Below are positions 37,961 through 47,414 of a DNA stretch of 64,000 nucleotides, one piece after another. Where the stretch lies: assembly GCA_051294905.1 (NCBI GenBank), contig CM119380.1, positions 14,632,001-14,696,000 on the forward strand, in the 5' to 3' direction. The translations under genes were made by a program, and so were the position numbers. The stretch comes from Botryllus schlosseri. Its lineage: Eukaryota. How positions within the stretch are numbered: the stretch's first letter is position 1; each line of letters starts with the position of its first letter. The notes beneath the pieces were generated by a model. It ran no database searches and was not told the origin of the DNA. It worked only from the letters and a program-made list of their open reading frames with translations.

Positions 37961-39456
37961 TTGGCGTTCATAACCTTACACTATGCAGTGACAACAGTTT
38001 AGTTAGATCTGCTATACGCACACGAATAAACCTCACACCACAACAACTTTACTGACTTCAACTATCATACGTACCTGTGAAGATCGCACATCTCCCTTAT
38101 TACGACACAGTTCATACCGCCACCGACCGAAAACAGCTGATTGCTAACGTACGTCATTTGCGTCGATTTGCGTCAGTAATCCGCGATAAGATAACTCACA
38201 GGCGAATCCGTATCTGTACCACAGAGTCACCAGGTGACCTTGCTCGCTGATTAAATTATCATCGATTAAGGTAATCGGTGATTACTTTTCAATCGGCATC
38301 TGTGCAATCCACCCTAAGGTAGTAATTACAACGTTTGTCACAGCGGCAAAACCACAGCTAATACTATCAATCTTTTAACAACCAAATACTCAGATTTTTT
38401 TAATTTTTTTTCTCTATTTTTTTTATCATGCGTACTATTTTATTCTACTTGGATTTTTGTTCTTTATTTCATTTCTACCGTTTACGGTGGTTTCAATATT
38501 TTTTTGGTATTTCTCGTTATGTGTTGATACCGGTTTCTTTCAAGGTACGTTTAGTCCTGGAGTTTGGACTTGTTGTTCTCCTCGCCATTTGCTCTCTTTT
38601 TTCCTCGCGTTTTGTGTCTATTGTATTAGACTTGCTTGAGCTTTCTTTCCCCCCTCTTTTTCTAGTTTGTTTCTTCGTATTCTCTCGCTAGATGATCTTC
38701 TATTCTTTGGATGGTGGTCATCTGGAGCGGGGTTGGTGGGAGGTATTCCAATCGTTTTCTAATCCTCCTCAAGATTTTTCTCTCGATTTTTTCTTCTCCG
38801 ATTTTTTCTTCTCCAACTGTTTTGTTATCTATGTCCAAGGCAATTTTCTGTTTGATGATTGCTTTTTTGGCTATAGATATCACTATCCATTCCATTTTTG
38901 TCGCTTTTATATTATATTTTATCACATCTTTGTTCAGTTTGATGTCGAGAGTTGTTTCCAGATTTTGTAATATTTTTTTAATATATTTGCAGTCTGAGAG
39001 GATATGGTCTATATTATCATCCCTCGCGTTGCAGAATTTACAGTTGAGATAGAGCGGTTTGTTGTTTTTATCGAGGATCAAATTTCGGCTTTTTTTCGCC
39101 GAATATGTATCCGTCTCGTGCTACTCTGAAGTTTATCATCATCTCATCGTTTTTGATCGTGTTGTGTCCGAAGGATTTTGTTTGTAATATTTTGTTCCAA
39201 TGGATTTTTTCTCCACTCTGTGTTCTCAAGTGGGGCTTATTCTCTTTCATTTTTTTAATGCCTTTGTATATCGAGTTTTGTGTGGCTTCCTGCCATTGTT
39301 TATCGCTCCAGCGGCTGGTTCTCAAGCTTTTTCACTGTGGGAGCCATTTTATGAACCTCAACTCTGTCGGGAGCCGCATGATGGCACGAATAACGTAATT
39401 TATTGAGAATAGAAAAATATCATCAAAAATGGTATCAACGAAATGGTGTACGGCTA

Positions 39457-39570
39457 AAATAGCGACGGCCTTAATAGCGACGGCCAAAACACCGACTGGC
39501 CACAACAGCGACGGCCATAACAGCGACGGCCAAAACCGCGATTGGCTCAAACAGCGACGGCCAAAACAAA
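39457..39570. repeat. ~15-bp tandem repeat (AACAGCGACGGCCA-type), about 7 units
   Basis: AGCGACGGCC at 39461, 39476, 39507, 39522, 39553 plus two variant units. Confidence 0.8.
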
Positions 39571-39740
39571 TACGACAATTTCCCCAGACGACACTGTGAC
39601 AGCGGGCACTCCCCATACGGACAACTTCCGAAACGACGTTACCCAGCCACGTCCCTTCACCGATGGTATACCGAGGTATACCCTTCACCGTTGAAGCCGA
39701 TTGCGGATGATTTACAATTTACATTCTTCCAGATAGTAAA

Positions 39741-39878
39741 TAGATAGTGATCACCACAGATTTAGCGTCACAACATGTTTATTGAGACTTAATCCACAAT
39801 CTTTCTGAGTTCCGAGAGCATGTGAATTGAGTTTGGATGAACAAGGCGTGACGCTAAATCTGTGGTGATCACTATCTA
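39741..39878. mobile_element. 138-bp MITE with perfect 31-bp TIRs, flanked by AAA|TTT (Spy-like)
   Basis: TAGATAGTGATCACCACAGATTTAGCGTCAC and its exact reverse complement at 39848-39878; no TSD. Confidence 0.65.
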
Positions 39879-39887
39879 TTTTGCAAC

Positions 39888-41693
39888 TTAGTGCGAAACT
39901 TGAAATTGAATTTGATTTTTCACAAGTTTGTCATAACGAGGTTTCATCGTGGAGGAAGCTGTGCACAAGAGCTGTTTCAGATGACGATCAGTCAATCGGT
40001 TGCGATATTTGCTTTTGATCCTCACTAATTTGCTGAAAAGGGCTTCACATACATAGGTTGAACCGAACATGCAGGCATTCTTCGATGCGTTAGCTATCAG
40101 GTTGGGGTATTTTTCTTCAGGAACAGCACCCCAAAATTCAAGGAGTCCATTGCTTTGAAACAACAGTCGCAATTCTATATCGGACTGCAAGTCCAGCAGT
40201 TCCATCTGAAAAATATCAGGGGCAGTGGCGGCATCTACTGCCATTGGGTTTGAAAATATATTCATCAGGGGTACGGAATGATGCATTCCCTCTATTCGAC
40301 GTTTAAACCCGTCAATCAAGGTACTAATAACCTGGTCATATGTTTTGAATGATCCATTCTGTCGGTGGTTTGAAAGCGTTACAAAATGTGTCGTAACACC
40401 CTCCTCTAGGTGCTTTCTCCAAAGACACAATTTCTCAATGAAACCAGACACTGTCCCGTACCAGGCGTGACAGAGCTTGTTATTTCCTTGTAAGTTCCGA
40501 TTTAGTGACGACAGGTGTGAGGTAATATCCACCATGAACGCCAAGTCAGCAACCCAGTGTTCGTTTCCCAACTGAGGGATGTCTTTCTTTCCTTCGACAA
40601 ATATTTTAATCTCAGGAAGTAGCGCGTAAAATCTTTTGAGGCATGCAGCTCGGCTTAGCCATCGTACAGCGGTGAACATGATCAAGTCTCCATGGTCAGC
40701 ATCAATATCGGTGAGAAAAGCCTTGAATTTTCGATGGTTAAGTGCGTTTGCTCGAATCCAATTTACGGTCGATATTACTATATCTGTCACATTGGACATC
40801 TTTAATGATTTAGCAACAAGACTTTCCTGGTGCATAATGCAGTGTTGCCAAGTCACAGCGTCAAGATTCTGTTCAGCACGCCATTTGTTGACGAGTCCTT
40901 GAAGACCTAGATTTTTGCCGAGCATTGCTGGGCAGCCATCTGTCGCCAATGAATATAATTTCGATGGGTCTAAATGCGCTTCTTGAAGAGTAGCATGAAA
41001 TTCACGAAACATGTCGGTTCCCTTCGTTGTGCCATGAATAGATCGCAAAGTAAGAAACTCCTCGCAAATCTTGAAATCTGGCATGACTCCCCGGATGAAT
41101 ACAGCTAATTGCTCTATGTCGGTAATGTCGTTAGTGCTGTCAAGAGCAAGCGAGTAGTAAGAAAAATCTTGCGACTTGTGAATAAGTTGCTCATGCAGAT
41201 CTTGGGATATGCAATCGACACGACGCGTTACTGTATCATTGCTAAGCTGCAATTTTTTAGCTTTCTGCTGAATGGCAGGAGAACAATTGTCTTCGGTAAA
41301 CAAAACAATAGCCTGCTTCGTAATTTCGCCATCAGAATATGGCTTCATATTGCTGGCCAATAGATGACTGATCTTATATGATGTTATTGTTACCTCTTCG
41401 GGTTCTTTTTTTTTTAAAAACATTTTTCCTTGTTTGCTACGCTCTGCTTTCAGACATTCTAACTTCCGTTTCCTTGATTCACCTTGATAGACGTCGTATT
41501 TTCCCGCATGTGTTTTATAATGCCTCTTAACGTTGAAAGATTTTACACCGTTTATTATTATAGGGCACAGAAGGCATTTCGCTTTGCCGTTTTCCTCAAT
41601 TTGAAAATACGCCTCTTCCCATTCACTTTGAAAGGCCCGATTTTTTTGCACAAGGGTGCGAGATTTCTTTGCAGGTTGATCTGAACCTGACAT
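39888..41693 (-). CDS. hAT transposase (GTF2IRD2/Buster type), about 601 aa, intact
   Basis: BED-like finger (CLLC...H...H), SLALDSTND, LATDGCPAM, CIMH, VRWLS, STYVCEALFS; likely start MSGSDQP at 41693. Confidence 0.95.
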   Translation of the reverse strand: MSGSDQPAKKSRTLVQKNRAFQSEWEEAYFQIEENGKAKCLLCPIIINGVKSFNVKRHYKTHAGKYDVYQGESRKRKLECLKAERSKQGKMFLKKKEPEEVTITSYKISHLLASNMKPYSDGEITKQAIVLFTEDNCSPAIQQKAKKLQLSNDTVTRRVDCISQDLHEQLIHKSQDFSYYSLALDSTNDITDIEQLAVFIRGVMPDFKICEEFLTLRSIHGTTKGTDMFREFHATLQEAHLDPSKLYSLATDGCPAMLGKNLGLQGLVNKWRAEQNLDAVTWQHCIMHQESLVAKSLKMSNVTDIVISTVNWIRANALNHRKFKAFLTDIDADHGDLIMFTAVRWLSRAACLKRFYALLPEIKIFVEGKKDIPQLGNEHWVADLAFMVDITSHLSSLNRNLQGNNKLCHAWYGTVSGFIEKLCLWRKHLEEGVTTHFVTLSNHRQNGSFKTYDQVISTLIDGFKRRIEGMHHSVPLMNIFSNPMAVDAATAPDIFQMELLDLQSDIELRLLFQSNGLLEFWGAVPEEKYPNLIANASKNACMFGSTYVCEALFSKLVRIKSKYRNRLTDRHLKQLLCTASSTMKPRYDKLVKNQIQFQVSH

Positions 41694-43308
41694 TATCATT
41701 GAACCAAAGTCTCCGATATTTTCTAACGCTATCAAGATCAAAGCAAAGAGTAAGAAAATAAAGTACCTGCAGTTACCCCAAACGTTGATTGTCTTATTGA
41801 CCGAGTCTCTTGTCACCCGTATTCTAATATGAGCCGCCGTCTCGAGCGAAATAAACTTCGCCCGTCTCATTACAGACACCTGATTAGGCTTAGGTCAGAC
41901 GGTCAGAGCCTTCAGTAAAGCAGTAAAGGTTCGGATTTAAAGCCTACCGAAATTACTATCGGTAATGTTACGTCACAACCCGTACAACTTGTATTACGTA
42001 GGATTCTATTGTGATCAGGGAATGACCTTCGCGTCAGTAAACGTGAACATAAACGTACATTTGTTGTGTTGAAGGCGCGATTTATTTATGATCATGAATA
42101 ATTAGAATTTCCGTAGAAGCATCAATGATTTCACATCGTTAGTGAGAGCCGCACGGAGAGCAGTCGAGAGCCGCATGCGGCTCGGAGAGCCGCGGTTGAG
42201 AATCACTGCTCCAGCCCATTATCTGCGTTATTTCAAGGTTTTCGATCCACCTTTTTGGGGTAGAGAATTTGTGTAGTTCGGAATTCTTGTATAGTTTGGG
42301 ATTGACTTTTTTGATCTTTGTTCCCAGTTCATAGATTGCATGCCTATGCCAAATTTCGGTCGGGCATTCGATCTTTTTTAGAGTCGCAATTTTTTCTATA
42401 TCGCATGCTTTTGCGAGGGACTCAATGTCGGGTATTCCGAAGCCCCCGTTTTCTTTTTCTGCGATCATTGATTTTCTGGCAATTGCCTCCATCTTTTCTG
42501 GTGACCATAGAAAGCCGAAGTACATTCTTTCTAGTTCTTTTCGGTCTTCTTTCGGGAGTGGAATGACTCTGGCGTTGTAGACGATTTTTGTCGTCGCCAT
42601 CGAGTTCAAGATTGCTTTCTTGCCTGCCCAAGTTAGCTCTCGATTTTTGTAAGCATTTAGGGTGCGTTTTACTTTCATCTTGTTTTCATCCCAGGTTTTG
42701 TGTATCTGGTTTGTCCCGAAATATTGACCTAGGATTTTTATTGTTGGGTGTTTTAGGTTTTCGTATTGGTCGATATTATATCCTCGTGTTCGATTGATTT
42801 GTAAAATCTCAGTTTTTTCTGGGTTAAGTTTTTGGCCAGTTGCTTTTTCGAATTTTTGGAACTCTCTGAATATGTGTTTGATATCCTCCCCTTTTCTTAG
42901 GAAGCAGGTGATATCATCCGCATATTGTTGTAGATTTATTTGTTCTTTCCCTATTTGGAATGGTCTGATTTTTCCATCTGCTTCAATTTGCCTTGCCAGA
43001 GGGTCGTTGCTTATGGAAAATAGTACCATACTTAGAGGGCAGCCTTGCCTAATGCCTCTCTCGAGTTTTATGGCTTTGGTCAGTGCTCCGTTTACCGCGA
43101 TCTTGGTGCTTGCAGTGTCGTATATGTTCTTTACTACGGAAATGTAGTGTTCTTGAATTTCGTATTTCCGCAGGATTTTGTAAAGGTATTTGTGGTGTAT
43201 TCGATCAAAAGCCTTTTCTTGGTCGAGGTTGACGATAATCAGTTCTTTTTTTCGTTCCTTGGCATATTCAATGGCGGCTCGTGTGTTTCGTAGGATATCA
43301 GTAATTTG

Positions 43309-43489
43309 AGTAGTATATAACAGCACGTTCTCATGCGGACCAATTAAATCGCAGCATTTGATCACGTGACTACTTTTGAATTTCAAATCAAACAGAGAAA
43401 AGCGCGCGAAAGAGTTATATCAATAGTGCTTCAATAGGGACAATGGGTGACAATATATGTCAATAACGGGCGTGACCGTCATTGTATTG
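43309..43489 (+). repeat. Left TIR of the Polinton
   Basis: 180/181 identical to the reverse complement of 62368-62548; looser similarity continues about 35 bp further. Confidence 0.96.
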
Positions 43490-43658
43490 ACAATGATTGT
43501 GTCAGCTGATTGTATAATGGGTGTTAATGGGTGTGGCTTAGGAGAGCGAACCGTGACAGCATAATGGGGTGTGTGCTAGCGAACGTTACGGTATTGTGCA
43601 ATGGTTAATACCATAGACAAGTCCAAAGCTAGTGATATTACACCATACACAGCTTTGA

Positions 43659-43868
43659 TCACGTACCAAATTTGTAATTATATATTTTTTTAGCATCACT
43701 ACAAATCATTCTTATTCCTATATACAGTCCAATTATTCCTATACAGCCATCCCATCGCAAGCTCCATCCCAGTTCCTCTCCCAGTGCTTGTCCAAATGTT
43801 CGAAGTATATTTTCGCTCGTTCTGGTGTTACACCCTCCATTGTTCAGGATTTGCAGTCTTCTGCCCAT
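43659..43868 (-). CDS. Possible small membrane protein, 69 aa
   Basis: ATG-initiated with a hydrophobic stretch GCIGIIGLYIGIRMIC; no other support. Confidence 0.25.
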   Translation of the reverse strand: MGRRLQILNNGGCNTRTSENILRTFGQALGEELGWSLRWDGCIGIIGLYIGIRMICSDAKKIYNYKFGT

Positions 43869-44195
43869 CTCGCCTAGCGTTCGTTGCTGTTGTTTTGATT
43901 AACGCGTCAAAGTGGGTACTTAGACCCACTCCAATCACGTGACTACTTTTGAATTTCAAATCAAACAGAGAAAAGCGCACGAAAGAGTTGTGTGTCCGTT
44001 ATTGCACAATGGGTAATAACCTAGCGATATTGCACCATACATAGCTTTGATCACGTGACAAGTTTGCAATCATATATATGTTTATTCCGCGATGGTGTGA
44101 TCATCATTGTATTGACAATGATTGTAGAAGAAGTTTAGGGGACTATTTAAGTCACAAATTTGATGCTAAGCCATTCAATACGAAATTGAGCGACG

Positions 44196-44522
44196 ATGGG
44201 AAGAATAGTGATTAACGATGTCAAATTCGAATCTCCAACAAATATTACAATGGACCAAACTTCAAAGAGTATAATAGTAACGGGTGTAGCGACGATAAAA
44301 TTTGAGCAGCAGTTCATGATAAAACGCCGTGAAGGATATACGTGGGTGATCATACGTGGCGAAGACAACGAAAAAAAATCAATGAAGATTCATGAGGAAG
44401 ATGTCCGCATAAATGGAAAGTGTATTACTATCAAACAAGGAACCGCCGTGGAATTAAACAGCCTATTCATGAAAAATTGTTACAGATTAGAAATGAGCGA
44501 CGCATCTCATCTCATACATTAA
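44196..44522 (+). CDS. Hypothetical Polinton protein, 108 aa, beta-rich
   Basis: ATG in good context, TATA-like TATTTAAG about 50 nt upstream. Confidence 0.6.
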   Translation: MGRIVINDVKFESPTNITMDQTSKSIIVTGVATIKFEQQFMIKRREGYTWVIIRGEDNEKKSMKIHEEDVRINGKCITIKQGTAVELNSLFMKNCYRLEMSDASHLIH

Positions 44523-44686
44523 TATATTTTTTGTTGTAGATTTGAAATGCGCTACGCATGTCATTTCATACATTAATCATATCATTCATTATTCTGTAAC
44601 CTATTTCTATTTACATGTATAATTAGATTGAATTATAATTTATTTGAAAGCAAGTGCGACAGTTCGAATACTATCATTCGATAGAC

Positions 44687-45166
44687 ATGCGTGCTTTGAA
44701 GCGTTTGATATATGAACAAGCAAAATTTAAGCAGAATGCTTACGAAGGGATCCGAGCAGGACCATTCGATGAAAAGAATATGTATAGTTGGTGGGCAACG
44801 ATCCAAGGACCAAACGGAACGCCCTACGAAGGTGGTGTGTTCAGATTATCAATCGAATATTCTACCGAGTATCCATTCAAGCCTCCTAAAATGCGATTTG
44901 AAACACGGATATTCCATCCTAACGTAAGCTGTAAAGGTACCATATGTGTCGATATTTTACAGAAGGAATGGTCACCAGCGATGACAACGTCCACTCTACT
45001 GATATCAATACGTTCATTGCTCGCTTCACCAAACCCTTATGATCCGATGGATCAAGAGAGTGCGGAAATGTATTTAAAAAATAAGGAACGTTATTTCCAA
45101 CTAGCTACTCAATATACCCGTAGACATGCAATGGAAGATACGCAAGTCACCCAGCAAGAAAAATAG
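44687..45166 (+). CDS. E2 ubiquitin-conjugating enzyme (UBE2D-like), 159 aa
   Basis: GP.GTPYEGGVF, YPFKPPK, FHPNV, catalytic ICVDIL, WSPA motifs; intronless; AATAAA at about 45229. Confidence 0.95.
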   Translation: MRALKRLIYEQAKFKQNAYEGIRAGPFDEKNMYSWWATIQGPNGTPYEGGVFRLSIEYSTEYPFKPPKMRFETRIFHPNVSCKGTICVDILQKEWSPAMTTSTLLISIRSLLASPNPYDPMDQESAEMYLKNKERYFQLATQYTRRHAMEDTQVTQQEK

Positions 45167-45275
45167 TGTTGTTTTAATCCACCGCGAGTAGCGTGGAATT
45201 GCATTATACATTCCGTATTGTTCTTGTAATAAATAATAAAAATCAACGTCTGGTTGCGTTGTTATTCGTCTGAAT

Positions 45276-45346
45276 GGGGACTTAGCTCAATGGTAGAGTA
45301 TCTGTCTTGCAAATAGAAGATACGGGTTCAATTCCCGTAGTCTCCA
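45276..45346 (+). tRNA. tRNA-Ala (anticodon TGC), 71 nt
   Basis: GGGGACT TA GCTC AATGGTA GAGT A TCTGT CTTGCAA ATAGA AGAT ACGGG TTCAATT CCCGT AGTCTCC A: all four stems pair, G3:U70, A73, A/B boxes, TTTT at 45351-45354. Confidence 0.92.
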
Positions 45347-45430
45347 CGACTTTTCTATTGATGCTGTATCTGACTAGAACACGAATGAGGAGCCGTAGTT
45401 GTTTTGCGATTTTATTACAGACATATCAAA

Positions 45431-45772
45431 CTAATAACAAGCATCATAAAATCGCGCGTTGTGTAACGCTTCGAATACGATTATATTTTTTACAACGATC
45501 GCATTCCCTTTAAATTCTATAAGAATAGGACAGGTACGCGGTAAACAGTAATGTTTGTCTTTGCAGACAGTGATTGTCGGAGATTCAATCTTACCGTAGT
45601 GAGGAACATGCAGTTTCTTCACTACGATCTTATTGGTACGATACATTATTTCACATGAGAAAGGAATAGTGATAGATCTCACTTTCGGTAATACAATCGT
45701 TTTTTCATAATACCTACGATCTCCATTACTACTCAAGCGTAGGGGACCAATACAAATGCGAGCCATAGTCAT
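45431..45772 (-). CDS. Hypothetical Polinton protein, about 111-113 aa, beta-rich
   Basis: TATA-like sequence upstream (~45810), AATAAA just past the stop. Confidence 0.6.
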   Translation of the reverse strand: MTMARICIGPLRLSSNGDRRYYEKTIVLPKVRSITIPFSCEIMYRTNKIVVKKLHVPHYGKIESPTITVCKDKHYCLPRTCPILIEFKGNAIVVKNIIVFEALHNARFYDACY

Positions 45773-45857
45773 GATTTACGTTCACATTCTTCTCCACAGC
45801 AAAATAGCGTATATAATAAGAATTCCAGAAATAACAGCGCGGTTGCAACGATAGTTA

Positions 45858-46598
45858 TTATTTCGATTTCTTCCATTGAGATTTTATCCAACTGAAACTT
45901 CTTTTTCGAATGAGATGATCGTGTTCATCCAATTTGAAGCTTGATGATATCGAACACTTTTGTCTCTTATCTAGTTGTCGCAATTTACACATAAGATCGA
46001 AGAATTTGATTTCGTCGTTTTCACGTATGACGGTTCTGAAATTCTTTGCAAAAGCACTACCGTCTTCAAAACACCAACTGATTTGATCGTCACTAACTGC
46101 ACTTATGAGAACAGTTTTGGATTTTACGTCTCGTTTGCGTTTGAGTGCTTGCGAAGCAGCGTCTTCTCGTAAATGAAATTTCAAATCGGCAGAGTTACCA
46201 CTATAACACTGCGCAAACATGAGTAGGTTTTTTGTATCTTTACGAAAGCTTTTTAATAGCTCACACATATCATCATCGAGTAGATGCCTATCATAAAATA
46301 CAAATCCGGAATCGCGAGCTTCAGGATCATTTTCTTTTGTGTTATTTGGACATGAAAAGCCGTGACCGACGAAATATATGAAGTTTATCTTGGCGCTACT
46401 ATCGGCCATCGTTTGAAGCTCTCTGGAAAAATTTCCAAGAGTGGCTTGCTCTTCACGCAACACTTTGATATCTTCAGTCTTGAATTTGAATTTCTGTACT
46501 AAGATATCTGTCATAATCTGAATGTCTTGTAACGTTCCTTCATTTTCGACATGGTGCGGCTTTCCGCGATAACACATCGATACTATAAGCGCATTCAT
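45858..46598 (-). CDS. Metacaspase-like cysteine protease (peptidase C14 / caspase-hemoglobinase fold), 246 aa
   Basis: NALIVSMCY...GTLQDIQIM...F.F..EDIKVL...ATLGNF...FIYFVGHG (His) ... MFAQCYSG (Cys) ... VLISAVSDDQIS...GSAF follows metacaspase order; TATATAA about 35 nt upstream of ATG 46598. Confidence 0.85.
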   Translation of the reverse strand: MNALIVSMCYRGKPHHVENEGTLQDIQIMTDILVQKFKFKTEDIKVLREEQATLGNFSRELQTMADSSAKINFIYFVGHGFSCPNNTKENDPEARDSGFVFYDRHLLDDDMCELLKSFRKDTKNLLMFAQCYSGNSADLKFHLREDAASQALKRKRDVKSKTVLISAVSDDQISWCFEDGSAFAKNFRTVIRENDEIKFFDLMCKLRQLDKRQKCSISSSFKLDEHDHLIRKRSFSWIKSQWKKSK

Positions 46599-46662
46599 GA
46601 TGACACTGACTAGATCCCGAGCAATAACCACTTATATACTCCGATGAATACACACGAATTTA

Positions 46663-46980
46663 TTAAAAGCGATTTCTCAAAAATTCCCATAATTTTAGTT
46701 TACGAAAAACGACAAGTTCACCGCGGTTACGACGAATAATTCTATGCTTCGACAACACATCTATATACATACAATTTTTAGGAAAACGCACTGGTATCCA
46801 ATCAGACCCGCGGAAAATTGTAACTTCGTTATCATGCGGGTAAATGCGTATGTGAAACGGCTCGAAAGAAATTCTATGAATACGATTTGCATTCATGACA
46901 ATAATTTTTCCTTGGACTTTCATGTAGGCCTTCTCATCATCTCCAAAGTATTCTATGATGGTGAAACTAGTTGCTCCCAT
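46663..46980 (-). CDS. Hypothetical Polinton protein, 105 aa
   Basis: Tightly packed between protease and metacaspase, same strand. Confidence 0.55.
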   Translation of the reverse strand: MGATSFTIIEYFGDDEKAYMKVQGKIIVMNANRIHRISFEPFHIRIYPHDNEVTIFRGSDWIPVRFPKNCMYIDVLSKHRIIRRNRGELVVFRKLKLWEFLRNRF

Positions 46981-47414
46981 TTCAAGATTCTAACGAAGTC
47001 CACTACGATATCGTCGTTCTCTTTTCGATCATCACCGAAGTGATCCAAATACTGTAGTGTGCTCATACCAGTAGAGCGTTTGACGATATATGCAATTGCA
47101 TGAGCTCCACAAGCGTCTGACCTTTCATGCTGTAATGGTTTTATTGAGCTAGTATAATTTTCGGGATCAAGGAAACTCGCAATCTCAATCCTGAATGGAG
47201 TGATACCCAGACTATCGTGAAAATGGGTTTCATATTGATCAGCATATATGCAAACCCAGTGACTACCTTCCTTGTGACTTTCATCATAATTGATCACAAT
47301 TGAATAAGGAGGTTTTGGGCGCTGAGGGAGTTGATCAATAGGGAAATTCCCTAGATAGTGTTGTTTCGTAGCATGGTAACTATACAATATTTCATCTATT
47401 TCTTGTCCGTTCAT
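46953..47414 (-). CDS. Adenain-like maturation cysteine protease, 153 aa
   Basis: GSHWV (His), HDSLG (Asp), LQ...SDACG (Gln, Cys); start overlaps the capsid stop as ATGA. Confidence 0.93.
   Translation of the reverse strand: MNGQEIDEILYSYHATKQHYLGNFPIDQLPQRPKPPYSIVINYDESHKEGSHWVCIYADQYETHFHDSLGITPFRIEIASFLDPENYTSSIKPLQHERSDACGAHAIAYIVKRSTGMSTLQYLDHFGDDRKENDDIVVDFVRILKWEQLVSPS

Larger units (their letters stand above)
17687..38314. mobile_element. Older PIF/Harbinger element (Harbinger-2), decayed and expanded to about 20.6 kb by nested insertions
   Basis: Perfect 18-bp TIR pair with TAA on both sides, shared TAATCG/CCGATTA subterminal motifs, Myb remnant (+) at 25549 and probable transposase remnant (-) near 37.6-38.0 kb. 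That both ends belong to one copy is inferred. Confidence 0.6.
39313..42207 (-). mobile_element. hAT (Buster/Charlie/SPIN-like) DNA transposon, about 2.9 kb, inserted in the LINE
   Basis: 8-bp TSD GCTCCAGC (39305-39312, 42208-42215); ends share TTCTCAA core; subterminal GAGCCGCATGCGGCTC. Exact ends uncertain by 1 bp. Confidence 0.9.

Noticed and set aside
41694-41879. Hydrophobic N-terminal extension of the hAT transposase
   Set aside because: Homology-like sequence begins at MSGSDQP (41693); the upstream frame is probably UTR or intron.
42139-43386. Polinton TIR-LINE RT fusion gene
   Set aside because: It starts at TTG inside the TIR and ends in hAT sequence; it is open only because the insertions happen to be in frame. 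The same applies to the end of 62537..63199.
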